From Pristiophorus japonicus (taxonomy: Eukaryota), in contig NC_091997.1 of assembly GCF_044704955.1 (NCBI RefSeq), forward strand, positions 42,284,001-42,348,000: a stretch of 64,000 bases of DNA. The letters are read 5' to 3'. Position numbers and translations under genes: made by a program. Shown piece after piece: positions 50,816-64,000 of the stretch (position 1 is the first letter of the stretch; the number at the start of each line of letters is the position of its first letter). The notes under the pieces were generated by a model that worked only from the letters and a program-made list of their open reading frames with translations, had not been told where the DNA came from and made no database searches.

Positions 50816-53800
50816 TCTGGGGATTAGAGTAACCAATCTTAACTACTAGTTTCTAGGGCTAATCTCCTGTCGGGGAACGGCTGAGGTTGAATAGGTTTTA
50901 TTACAAACGGCATCGACCCCGATGTGGGATATTTCCTTGGCGTAATTCACATTGAAGTATTAAAATAATGAAGAAATTGCGAAGAAACTGGGTACCAAAA
51001 TCAAAAGGCCATTTGGGAAGATGAGAATACTACTGACGAACATCATTCTGGGAGAAGATCACCGATGTCATATTTTGGCAGGCCTGAAATTCAATGATCT
51101 TGCAAAGCATTGATACCAATGTCAATGGGAAGAGGTTTGAGCATCAATGCTAAATTTGTGCAATGTCATTCTAGTGTCGATGTCGGAACAGACTCTGAAG
51201 CTAACTAGCCGGAATGCAGGATTGTGGAATTACATGGAATTGCACAGAATTTCTAGCACAGAAACTGATCATTCGGCCCACGTGCTTTATGCTGGTGTTT
51301 ATGCTCCATCAAACGCTGTCTGCATAGCCAGCTATTCCTGCCTCCCTCTTGTGATTATGTAGCTTTCCCTTAAAAGCATCGATTCTATTTGACCTAACTT
51401 CTCGATGTTGGAGCATGTTCCACATTTTAACCACTCTCTGAGTGAAAACGAATGTCTTATTGATTTAAGGAAATGATTAGTAGTCTCCTGGATTCCAGTC
51501 GCCAAAGCAGTTTGTCTCTCTGCTTCTTCAGATGCACAGACTGGTGAGACTCTGGCAGTCAGTCATACCATGTATTCGCCATTCAGATCTCCTTGAAAGG
51601 CATCAAGGGGTATGGGGAAAAAGATGGAATATGGTGTTGAGATGGAGATCAGCAATGAATACATTGAATGGCGGTGCAGATTCGAAGGACCCAATGGCTG
51701 ACTACTGCACCTATTTTCTATGTTTCTATATTTCCAAAGAATCATTCACTTTTAGGGGAATGTTCGTACAATAGCTGGTGACAATTACTCTTCCATTGTA
51801 GAGGGAGGGTTTTACCATTGGTAATTCAGCTCAGCGATCTTTACATTGATGTACAATGTCTATGCAGAAAATGGCGCGCTAAAAGATTTTGAGAAACACA
51901 ATTATATTCTGATAATTATCTACCACAAAGTTTACATTTCCACTGATGGCTTAAGAATAATCAAAGTGCATGACTGGAATTTGTATTAAGTTACCGAATT
52001 TTATTCCAGTGCTGCATTGCTTTTGTTAAAGAAAGACGTTATATCGTGCCTTTTACGATCACCGGACATCGCAAAACGCTTTACAGTCAATGGAGTACGT
52101 TTGGAGTGGAGTCACTATTGTAATATTAACTGGCTGCTTGGTGCATATACAACTATGTAAAGCTGATGTAATGATTAAACATCTTTGCTTCAGACCTTCT
52201 TTGCCACAGGATATAATAAGGTACGTGGAAATGGATGATTGCAGAAGCTCTTGAAGAGTCATAAGCCGGTTGCTCTGCAAAGTGGAGATGAACTGGAACT
52301 TGCAGTGGAAACTCCAATATAACCAAGAAGTAAATCAGTATCAAATCTGTAATTTACATACTATTTTATATATATAGTAAATAAAAAATTTGAACTTTCC
52401 CACATTATTCGCATTTGTCTCATTTTCTTGTCCATATTGGAGATCCCACTGCAAGCTCCAGTTCATCCCCACTTTGACAGAGCAATCGGGGTATGGGTGT
52501 TGAAGAGCATTTGTCACCATCCATCATCACGTGACCTTATTATATTCTGTGGCAAAGCAGGACTGAAGCAAATGAGTTTCATCTTTACATCAGCTTTACA
52601 TTTCTTGATGTTCACTATAAAATCACACCATGAACAGTTGGGACCACTGCATATCTAATATTGTTGGCAGTAAACTGTTTTTTTTCTGATTTCATTGATT
52701 TTAAATACTGAAATCATTGAAGGAAGCATAGGAAATGTAAGACAAAACATAAATGTTCGAAACAAACTTTCGTTAAAAGAAGGAATTATGTCATGCTTCA
52801 TGTGCTTTACGTTATGTAAATCTTATCTCATAAATGTACATTTCTATGCTAAACATCTATGCCCTTTTGTTGATGTGATGTTATAGATGATAATGATGGG
52901 CTTTCTTTGGTTGACGAAAATATCTGTTTTGACCTTATCTAGCGGATTTCTGCGAAGGACAGATGGAGGAAGCAAGGATGGAAAATTTGTGCATAGTTTT
53001 AAAGCTGGTGAAAGACATTTGTAGTTAAATGTGACTGTACATTAAGCACAAAGCAAGCTTCTGCAAATAACTGTGGGATGAATGAGCAGTTAATTGTGTT
53101 TCAAAGCAGTAAACCAAACTCCTCACCCATCCTTTCCTATATCGAGACTATCTGTCCCACCTGTGACAGAGACTGCAATCCCCATATTGGACTGTTCAGT
53201 CACCTAAGAACTAACTTTTAGAGTGGAAGCAAGTCTTCCTCGATTTCCAGGGACTGCATATGATAATGGTAATCTAGTTTGGTGGTGCTGGCTGAGGTAG
53301 GTATATTGGCCAGCACACTTCGAGTGTTCCCTGCTTTTCTTTTGTAAAGTGCCTTTGGAATTTTTACACGGGCGGATGAGGCCTTGGTTTAAGCTTCCAG
53401 TTTCAGGGTGGAAAAGTAACCATTTCCTCCTCTCTGTGAGACATGCACAAATTATTTTATTTGATATAACTGCACCAGCTAAGAAAAACAGTATTGTTCT
53501 TCCAGGAGCAAAACTAAGTCCACTTCATTGTCTCCCAGTGGATATTACAAACTTCTATCCAAGTCGTTTAGGTCGAAATAGCCACCTAGCACCAGCACTG
53601 CCACTCACCACAAGGCAACCTCCGAAGCAATGCAATCAACAGCTTGGGAAATCTACCAATTAGTTGTCTTTAAGTTTCTCTGAAAACCAGTACTTTTCTG
53701 CCTGGGACTTGCTCACATTCACAAACCAGATCTAAACACAGACATCCAGATATATGATCATACAGTCCATTGGAGCAATGAATAACACTTAATGAGGTTG

Positions 53801-54184
53801 AGAGAAGTTGCAAAAATAATTTATTGTAACATTGAAAAATTGTATTTATAAAAAAACCTTTCGAACAAGGATCTAGTCAACTTATAAATATGATTCAATA
53901 AATATAAAAAAATAACATGTTCTTGTAATTTACTTTCCTCACGGTGCAAAATCTTAACGCGGTATCGCAAAAATATATGAATATAATAACTAAAAATAAT
54001 TTAACAGCTTATTACATGATAGTTTCATGATTCCTTCACATTAGCTCTTGAAATGAGAGTTGCTGTAACATTGTCGATGTTTTAAATAGCAATAACATTG
54101 GAATTGTAAAAATATTTGAATAAATACATCAATATCTCCCAGTAATGAGAAAATATTCTGTTTAAAATGTTCACTGCGTGACCT

Positions 54185-55347
54185 TCAGTTGCTTTTGCTG
54201 ATTTTTGCTATTATGGTCTGAATCTGCTGTAAACGGGCCTTGGTCTGAGAGCAGACGATTTTCCAGGCACACTCGCCGAATCTCTGTAAAAGGCAGAAAT
54301 ATTGAAATGTATTACCGGGAATATACTGGGAGAAAAAGCAACAATCTATATTGCAAACTCATGGTACAGTTTTTACGGAAGGATAAGGATTACTTTGGTC
54401 CCAGGGAGCATTGGGACATGGCAAATCTCTTCATGCCGAATTCCTCTGACTGATGTTGCAGTGAAATGATTAATATTTTCCAACAGATTTCACCGGAAAT
54501 TCGCACCAGAGGAAATCTTCACAAATACACCGATAGTGTCTCCTTGTAGGGCCTGGAGTCATCGGCAATTTACAGATTGAGGGATGTATATTTGGGATAC
54601 CCACATGGTGCTTCACTCGGGATAAAACATTCAAATATTCATTCCCATACCTCCAGTTCTAAAAACTCCCTCAACTTCCCGAAGTATTCCTGAATTTCCT
54701 CGCTGTTGGAGTATGACAGAGGTTCCCTGACACATCCTCTCAGATCCTCCAGCTGCTGAATCAGTAGAATACGAAACCCTTCCAGCAGCGCAGCGTCCCA
54801 GGGCGCGGTGCTCAGATTCTGGGTGAAGGTCTTGTTGATTTGATCCAAAGTTTGATGGATAACCCGGATCTTGTCCTCGGCCTATAAAATACACAGCGTT
54901 ACTTCACGGGAAAGCTCGGTGTTACTCAAAAAGTTACTTGACAATATAGAATATTGCGGTCTGCCCAAATATTATTTATACAATTAAAAACTGGTCAATA
55001 AGTCAGGCACTGCTACAACAGAAATACATTCTGAACTGGATACTTACATTTAAGTTGTTTGAAAGTGTGATCAGATCGAGGGGTTGGGTCTGCAGTGCCA
55101 CTCTCCTTGTTACACAGTGCCGGGGCAGTCTACCTCCCTGGAACACAGGAGAATTCCGCTTAATACAATTGGCCACACACACAAACTCTGGAGATGGGAG
55201 AGATGGCGATCAGTTCAAACTCACCATTTCAATCAGTTTGCCCAGAGTCTTTGTGTTGTGAATGCGCAGCCTCTCACAGCCCAGACTCATGGTCCCGGCC
55301 AACCAGGCCAACATAATCCAACATCTCCAAGCACACGAGAGCGCCAT
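54185..55347 (-). CDS. IFN1: Type I interferon precursor, copy 7 (intact)
   Basis: Exons 55225-55347, 55048-55137, 54651-54881, 54185-54283; synonymous GTG>GTA change in exon 2. Confidence 0.92.
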
Positions 55348-56539
55348 GTTCCAGCACACAGGGTGAAGCACCGAGCTGGAATTGCAGAGGGATAAAATCA
55401 TTAGCGATCAGCATCCGACAAGAGTCATTTTAATGTGGGTTAGTAAGTGAACAAACTCGGCAGTGTCTTACCTGTTTAAGGTGAATCCTCTGACAGAGAC
55501 AAGTGTCAATTGTTGTCAGCCTCAGGAGTGAAGTATCAGAGTAAGACCATGCCGAATATAAATGATCTGCTGTTTGCATCACAAAAGTGAAAAGGCAGGT
55601 TGGTACCCACAGGGAGATTTTCTGCCCACATTCGATTTTCAGATGCGAGGAATTCACCGTATAAAACAATCCCCAAGAAAAACTGTAAAAGCGGCTCCGA
55701 TTTCGTCTTCAGTCTTTAGGCAGTCTTAGCAGTACCTCGGACTGGAGGATGTGGTTGTAGCCGCACTCGCGAACTGCCCTGCTCTGAATTGAGGAAATAC
55801 CAAAACCCTGTTAAATCCGAAATGAAAGCCACACTGCACTGGGACAATCGGAGCATTTCTAACTGTTGTATTGACCAATGAATCCCCCAAAATCAGATTG
55901 TTCCAACTTTTTGAGAAACCGTCGGTGACCTGACGAGTAAAGCATCAGCTGTTTGCAATATTTAACAAATGAAAGTCCCCTCCCTCTGTGGCGATCGTTA
56001 TTCCCTGAGTTATATCCTTCAATTTCCCGAGTTGGGTCTCCCAATATTTTCCTCTTGGGGACGTCCCAGATCTGGCCGGCGGGCCGGAGCTCCATTATTC
56101 CGTCTCCCTTTCCCTTTCCCTTTTTTTGCGGAAAGATGAATCCCGCCCTTCAGCCTCCGCTCTTTAACCTTAAGGACTGGAGCCTGGTCCCTGATTGGTA
56201 GATTGAGGGAAGCCTCAATTATGTTTTAAGCCCACCCTTTTCTCCTGATTCACTGGGGCACAGGGCAGCAGTGTTGCTCTATTGAAAAGTCTGAAGAAGA
56301 CTTCGCAGACGCAACGTGAACTTGTCTGATGCTGAGCGACCTGCTGAGCACGTTCCCAGAGTTTTCTTTAACTTCCCGCTGCTCTCTAAGGCTGAATTGC
56401 TTTGAACGCGTGTAGTTGAGGCAGAGACCATTCCATCTCTTGAAACAAAGCACAGGAAGGAGCAATAGAGAGTCAGGCAGCATTTCAGCGGGATGCTTAC
56501 CAGATACTCCTCCCCCACCCACCCCGGTGTTGGATGAAC

Positions 56540-56657
56540 ATTGGTTTTCCGATGGCTGGAGACTGGATTTTGTTGGTGATGTTGCCCGGGACATGAGCCA
56601 GGACTGCCAGTGGCTGCAGTACAGCAAGTTTTTAAAGGAATTCTCAAGAGTGAAATG
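56540..56657 (+). pseudogene. Decayed plus-strand IFN exon 1 (unit 7)
   Basis: Copy of 34778-34895. Confidence 0.7.
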
Positions 56658-56689
56658 GTGAGTTTAAAGAGAGAACATTTTTTAAATGG

Positions 56690-58065
56690 TGAGAAACTAT
56701 GAAATGTTGGTTTTCAGAGAGATGTGTGTGTCCTCGTGCAACAAACACAGACAGTTGGCATTCAGATATAGCAAGCAATAATATGTTTTCCTTGATTGCA
56801 AGGGGTTTCGTTCATAAGAGTAAGGAAGACTTGCTGCAATTGTATAGGGCCTTGGTGAGACCATACCTGTAATACTGTGCACAGTTTTGGTCTCCTTATC
56901 TAAGGAAGGAGATTGAAGGCAGCACAACAAAGGTTGACTGGATTGATTCCTCAGATGAGAAGCTGTCCTATGAGGATAGATTGTGTAGATTGGACCTATA
57001 CTCTCTAGAGTTTAGAAGAATGAGGGGTGCGGGGGGTGGGGGGCGAAATTGCGGTCAGAGGCTTCCTTCGAACGCAAGCATCCGACATCAAAAAAGTCTA
57101 CGAAAGTACCTGGTGGTCTCAGATAAACGTAGGATCCAAGCGGTGGCCTGCCGGCCTGGACCACCAATCACTGTGTAGTATTCTTATTGATAAAAATTGG
57201 TACTCGGTTTGTACGAGTTCCCATGACTATCAATGAGAATACCCTCCTAAAACACCGAAACACAACATAAAAATAAAACACCTCACATATTTAAAATTAA
57301 TTAAAATTAAATGTAATTAAATGTTTTAGAAAAAAATATATTTTTTGAAAAGTTTAAAATGTGTTTTAATAGGGTTGAAAATAAACTTACCTTAATAGAC
57401 AGGGGGTTTTAATTTAAAAATGAGTGATTAAATTTAATTTTTATATGTTTTAAAATTCTTTTATTGGTAAAAGTAAGCAATGTATCTGATTTTCGCAGGC
57501 GTAAAACTTTGAAGGACATCCGCTGGGCATGAGTTGGACAAATAGCCCAATCTCTCCCGCGTGGATGTCCTTCTACTGGGGATGCGATGGATCTGTATGG
57601 AGAAACCTGGATCGATTGTAAAAGACGGATTTCGGCACATGCGCATCGCAACCCGGAAAGTGGCTTTTATGGGCCCTCACTGGGTCCATGCGCATTTTGT
57701 ATGGACCCGATGACATGACACCTTTCGGCCCTGAGTTGTGATCTCATTGAAACATACAAGGTTCTGAAGGGGATTGATGGGGTGGATACTGAGAGGTTGC
57801 TACCCCTGGCTGAGACATCTAGAACTTGAGTGTGCCGTCTCAGGATAAGCGGAAGGCCATTTAAGACCAAGACGAAGAGAAATTTCTTCACTCAGGGAGT
57901 TGTGAGTCTTTGCAATTCTCTGCCCCAGAGGGCTGTGGATGCTCAGTCTTTGAGTATGTTCAAGGCTGTGTAAACAGATTTTTGGACTCTCGGGGATTCA
58001 AGGGTTCTGGAGATTGGGCGGGGAAATGGATTTGAGGTCAATGAATGGCGGCCTACTCCTGCTCT
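56690..58065 (+). mobile_element. CR1 3' fragment with nested MITE
   Basis: Copy of 34930-36305. Confidence 0.75.
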
Positions 58066-61000
58066 TATCTGGGGATTAGAGTAACCAATCTTAACTACTA
58101 GTTTCTAGGGCTAATCTCCTGTCGGGGAACGGCTGAGGTTGAATAGGTTTTATTACAAACGGCATCGACCCCGATGTGGGATATTTCCTTGGCGTAATTC
58201 ACATTGAAGTATTAAAATAATGAAGAAATTGTGAAGAAACTGGGTACCAAAATCAAAAGGCCATTTGGGAAGATGAGAATACTACTGACGAACATCATTC
58301 TGGGAGAAGATCACCGATGTCATATTTTGGCAGGCCTGAAATTCAATGATCTTGCAAAGCATTGATACCAATGTCAATGGGAAGAGGTTTGAGCATCAAT
58401 GCTAAATTTGTGCAATGTCATTCTGGTGTCGATGTCGGAACAGCCTCTGAAGCTAACTAGCCATGCAGGATTGTGGAATTACATGGAATTGCACAGAATT
58501 TCTAGCACAGAAACTGATCATTCGGCCCACGTGCTTTATGCTGGTGTTTATGCTCCATCAAACGCTGTCTGCATAGCCAGCTATTCCTGCCTCCCTCTTG
58601 TGATTATGTAGCTTTTCCTTAAAAGCATCGATTCTATTTGACCTATCTTCTCGATGTTGGAGCATGTTCCACATTTTAACCACTCTCTGAGTGAAAACGA
58701 ATGTCTTATTGATTTAAGAGAATGATTAGTAGTCTCCTGGATTCCAGTCGCCAAAGCAGTTTATCTCTCTGCTTCTTCTGATGCACAGACTGGTGAGACT
58801 CTGGCAGTCAGTCATACCATGTATTCGCCATTCAGATCTCCTTGAAAGGCATCAATGGGTATGGGGAAAAAGATGGAATATGGTGTTGAGATGGAGATCA
58901 GCCATGAATATATTGAATGGCGGTGCAGATTCGAAGGACCCAATGGCTGACTACTGCTCCTATTTTCTATGTTTCTATATTTCCAAAGAATCATTCACTT
59001 TTAGGGGAATGTTCGTACAATAGCTGGTGACAATGTACTCTTCCATTGTAGAGGGAGGGTTTTACCATTGGTAATTCCGCTCAGCGCTCTTTACATTGAT
59101 GTACAATGGTTATGCAGAAAATGGCGCGCTAAAAGATTTTGTGAAACACAATTATATTCTGATAATTATCTACCACAAAGTTTACATTTCCACTGATGGC
59201 TTAAGAATAATCAAAGTGCATGACTGGAATTTGCATTAAGTTACCGAATTTTATTCCAGTGCTACATTGCTTTTGTTAAAGAAAGACGTTATATAGTGCC
59301 TTTTACGATCACCGGACATCGCAAAACGCTTTACAGTCAATGGAGTACGTTTGGAGTGGAGTCACTATTGTAATATTAACTGGCTGCTTGGTGCATATAC
59401 AACTATGTAAAGTTGATGTAATGATTAAACATATTTGCTTCACACCTTCTTTTCCACAGGATATAATAAGGTACGTGGAAATGGATGATTGCAGAAGCTC
59501 TTGAAGAGTCATAAGCCGGTTGCACTGCAAAGTGGAGATGAACTGGAACTTGCAGTGGAAACTCCAATATAACCAAGAAGTAAATCAGTACCAAACCTGT
59601 AATTTACATACTATTTTATATATATAGTTAATAAAAAATTTGAACTTTCCCACATTATTCGCATTTGTCTCATTTTCTTGTCCATATTGGAGATCCCACT
59701 GCAAGCCCCAGTTCATCCCCACTTTGACAGAGCAATCGGGCTATGGGTGTTGAAGAGCATTTGTCACCATCCATCACCACGTGACCTTATTATATTCTGT
59801 GGCAAAGCAGGACTGAAGCAAATGAGTTGCATCTTTACATCAGCTTTACATTTCTTGATGTTCACTATAAAATCACACCATGAACAGTTGGGACCACTGC
59901 ATATCTAATATTGTTGGCAGTAAACTGTTTTTTTTCTGATTTCATTGATTTTAAATACTGAAATCATTGAACGAAACATAGGAAATGTAAGACAAAACAT
60001 AAATGTTCGAAACAAACTTTCGTTAAAAGAAGGAATTATGTCATGCTTCATGTGCTTTATGTTATGTAAATATTATCTCATAAATGTACATTTCTATGCT
60101 AAACATCTATGCCCTTTTGTTGATGTGATGTTATAGATGATAATGATGGGCTTTCTTTGGTTGACGAAAATATCTGTTTTGACCTTATCTAGCGGATTTC
60201 TGTGAAGGACAGATGGAGGAAGCAAGGATGGAAAATTTGTGCATAGTTTTAAAGCTGGTGAAAGACATTTGTAGTTAAATGTGACTGTACATTAAGCACA
60301 AAGCAAGCTTCTGCAAATAACTGAGGGATGAATGAGCAGTTAATTGTGTTTCAAAGCAGTAAACCAGACTCCCCACCCATCCTTTCCTATATCGAAACTA
60401 TCTGTCCCACCTGTGACAGAGACTGTAATCCCCATATTGGACTGTTCAGTCACCTAAGAACTAACTTTTAGAGTGGAAGCAAGTCTTCCTCGATTTCCAG
60501 GGACTGCATATGATAATGGTAATCTAGTTTGGTGGTGCTGGCTGAGGTAGGTATATTGGCCAGCACACTTCGAGTGTTCCCTGCTTTTCTTTTGTAAAGT
60601 GCCTTTGGAATTTTTACACGGGCGGATGAGGCCTTGGTTTAAGCTTCCAGTTTCAGGGTGGAAAAGTAACCATTTCCTCCTCTCTGTGAGACATGCACAA
60701 ATGATTTTATTTGATATAACTGCACCAGCTAAGAAAAACAGTATCCCAGTGGATATTACAAACTTCTATCCAAGTCGTTTAGGTCAAAATAGACACCTAG
60801 CACCATCACTGCCACTCACCACAAGGCGACCTCCGAAGCAATGCAATCAACAGCTTGGGAAATCTACCAATTAGTTGTCTTTAAGTTTCTCTGAAAACCA
60901 GTACTTTTCTGCCTGGGACGTGCTCACATTCACAAACCAGATCCAAACACATACATCCAGATATATGATCATACAGTCCATTGTAGCAATGAATAACACT

Positions 61001-61395
61001 TAATGAGGCAGAGAGAAGTTGCAAAAATAATTTATTGTAACATTGAAAAATTGTATTTATAAAAAACCTTTCGAACAAGGATCTAGTCAACTTATAAATA
61101 TGATTCAATAAATATAAAAAAAATAACATGTTCTTGTAATTTACTTTCCTCACGATGCAAAATCTTAACGCGGTATCGCAAAAATATATGAATATAATAA
61201 CTAAAAATAATTTAACATCTTATTACATGATAATTTCATGATTCCTTCACATTAGCTCTTGAAATGAGAGTTGCTGTAACATTGTCGATGTTTTAAATAG
61301 CAATAACATTGGAATTGTAAACATATTTGAATAAATACATCAATATCTCCCAGTAATGAGAAAATATTCTGTTTAAAATGTTCATTGCGTGACCT

Positions 61396-62559
61396 TCAGT
61401 TGCTTTTGCTGATTTTTGCTATTATGGTCTGAATCTGCTGTAAACGGGCCTTGGTCTGAGAGCAGACGATTTTCCAGGCACACTCGCCGAATCTCTGTAA
61501 AAGGCAGAAATATTGAAATGTATTACCGGGAATATACTGGGAGAAAAAGCAACAATCTATATTGCAAACTCATGGTACAGTTTTTACGGAAGGATAAGGA
61601 TTACTTTGGTCCCGGGGAGCATTGGGACATGGTAAATCTCTTCATGCCGAATTCCTCTGACTGATGTTGCAGTGAAATGATTAATATTTTCCAACAGATT
61701 TCACCGGAAATTCGCACCAGAGGAAATCTTCACAAATACACCGATAGTGTCTCCTTGTAGGACCTGGAGTCATCGGCAATTTACAGATTGAGGGATGTAT
61801 ATTTGGGATACCCACATGGTGCTTCACTCGGGATAAAACATTCAAATATTAATTCCCATACCTCCAGTTCAAAAAACTCCCTCAACTTCCCGAAGTATTC
61901 CTGAATTTCCTCGCTGTTGGAGTATGACAGAGGTTCCCTGACACATCCTCTCAGATCCTCCAGCTGCTGAATCAGTAGAATACAAAACCCTTCCAGCAGC
62001 GCAGCGTCCCAGGGTGCGGTGCTCAGATTCTGGGTGAAGGTCTTGTTGATTTGATCCAAAGTTTGATGGATAACCCGGATCGTGTCCTCGGCCTATAAAA
62101 TACACAGCGTTACTTCACGGGAAAGCTCGGTGTTACTCAAAAGGTTACTTGACAATATAGAATATTGCGGTCTGCCCAAATATTATTTATACAATTAAAA
62201 GACTGGTCAATAAGTCAGGCACTGTTACAACAGAAATACATTCTGAACGGGATACTTACATTTAAGTTGTTTGAAAGTGTGATCAGATCGAGGGGTTGGG
62301 TCTGCAGTGCCACTCTCCTTGTCACACAGTGCCGGGGCAGTCTACCTCCCTGGAACACAGGAGAATTCCGCTTAATACAATTGGCCACACACACAAACTC
62401 TGGAGATGGGAGAGATGGCGATCAGTTCAAACTCACCATTTCAATCAGTTTGCCCAGAGTCTTTGTGTTGTGAATGCGCAGCCTCTCACAGCCCAGACTC
62501 ATGGTCCCGGCCAACCAGGCCAACATAATCCAACATCTCCAAGCACACGAGAGCGCCAT
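61396..62559 (-). CDS. IFN1: Type I interferon precursor, copy 8 (intact; R>C and L>F variants)
   Basis: Exons 62437-62559, 62260-62349, 61862-62092, 61396-61494; exon 3 reads EGFCILL and REFFELE. Confidence 0.9.
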
Positions 62560-63746
62560 GTTCCAGCACACAGGGTGAAGCACCGAGCTGGAATTGCAGA
62601 GGGATAAAATCATTAGCGATCAGCATCCGACAAAAGTCATTTTAATGTGGGTTAGTAAGTGAACAAACTCGGCAGTGTCTTACCTGTTTAAGGTGAATCC
62701 TCTGACAGAGACAAGTGTCAATTGTTGTCAGCCTCAGGAGTGAAGTATCAGAGTAAGACCATGCCGAATATAAATGATCTGCTGTTTGCATCACAAAAGT
62801 GAAAAGGCAGGTTGGTACCCACAGGGAGATTTTCTGCCCACATTCGATTTTCAGATGCGAGGAATTCACCGTATAAAACAATCCCCAAGAAAAACTGTAA
62901 AAGCGGCTCCGATTTCGTCTTCAGTCTTTAGGCATTCTTAGCAGTACCTCGGAGTGGAGGATGTGGTTGTAGCCGCACTCGCGAACTGCCCTGCTCTGAA
63001 TTGAGGATATACCAAAACCCTGTTAAATCCGAAATGAAAGCTACACTGCACTGGGACAATCGGAGCATTTCTAACTGTTGTATTGACCAATGAATCCCCC
63101 AAAATCAGATTGTTCCAACTTTTTGAGAAACCGTCGGTGACCTGACGAGTAAAGCTGTTTGCAATAGTTAACAAATGAACCTCCCCTTCCTCTGTGGGCG
63201 ATCGTTATTCCCTGAGTTATATCCTTCAATTTCCCTAGTTGGGTCTCCCAATATTTTCCTCCTGGGGACGTCCCAGATCTGGCCGGCGGGCCGGAGCTCC
63301 ATTATTCCGTCTCCCTTTCCCTTTCCCTTTTTTTGCGGAAAGATGAATCCCGCCCTTCAGCCTCCGCTCTTTAACGTTAAGGACTGGAGCCTGGTCCCTG
63401 ATTGGTAGATTGAGGGAAGCCTCAATTATGTTTTAAGCCCACCCTTTTCTCCTGATTCACTGGGGCACAGGGCAGCAGTGTTGCTCTATTGAAAAGTCTG
63501 AAGAAAACTTCGCAGACGCAACGTGAACTTGTCTGATGCTGAGCGACCTGCTGAGCACGTTCCCAGAGTTTTCTTTAACTTCCCGCTGCTCTCTAAGGCT
63601 GAATTGCTTTGAACGCGTGTAGTTGAGGCAGAGACCATTCCATCTCTTGAAACAAAGCACAGGAAGGAGCAATAGAGAGTCAGGCAGCATTTCAGCGGGA
63701 TGCTTACCAGATACTCCTCCCCCACCCACCCCGGTGTTGGATGAAC

Positions 63747-63864
63747 ATTGGTTTTCCGATGGCTGGAGACTGGATTTTGTTGGTGATGTTGCCCGGGACA
63801 TGAGCCAGGACTGCCAGTGGCTGCAGTACAGCAAGTTTTTAAAGGAATTCTCAAGAGTAAAATG
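63747..63864 (+). pseudogene. Decayed plus-strand IFN exon 1 (unit 8)
   Basis: Copy of 34778-34895. Confidence 0.7.
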
Positions 63865-64000
63865 GTGAGTTTAAAGAGAGAACATTTTTTAAATGGTGAG
63901 AAACTATGAAATGTTGGTTTTCAGAGAGATGTGTGTGTCCTCGTGCAACAAACACAGACAGTTGGCATTCAGATATAGCAAGCAATAATATGTTTTCCTT

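Larger units (their letters stand above)
25786..64000. repeat. Tandem segmental array with a ~7.25-kb unit and one IFN gene per unit
   Basis: Stop-codon spacings are 8154, 6636, 7256, 7254, 7253 and 7211 nt. The ORF track repeats almost verbatim. Homology extends left to about 14.7 kb, and the array continues past the window end. Confidence 0.97.

Noticed and set aside
25786-64000. CRISPR-like array, rDNA or proviral tandem interpretation of the repeat
   Set aside because: There are no short repeat-spacer units, rRNA sequence or viral genes. The unit is a spliced host gene plus old TE fragments.

Overview
Eukaryotic, TE-rich vertebrate DNA. CR1 LINEs, Deu-domain SINEs and Penelope elements point to a cartilaginous fish (inference). 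The window holds a tandem array of intron-containing type I interferon genes on the minus strand. Each gene has 4 coding exons (123/90/231/99 nt, all introns phase 0) encoding a 180-aa precursor with a signal peptide, four canonical Cys and a CAW motif. Eight copies are visible: six with intact ORFs (ATG at 18785, 33584, 40840, 48094, 55347, 62559) and two pseudogenes (about 1.3-2.3 kb and 25.8-26.85 kb). From about 32 kb the array is a near-perfect ~7.25-kb tandem repeat that runs off the right edge; the left units are older and carry many more TE insertions. Each unit also has a decayed plus-strand IFN exon 1 facing away from the minus-strand gene. The intact genes show a candidate 5'-UTR intron, an altered helix-E motif (CAWKIVC) with an extra Cys, and copy-specific IRF sites. 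Nearly all ORFs in the supplied track are TE fragments or spurious. All exon calls were made by hand; no expression or database evidence was available.
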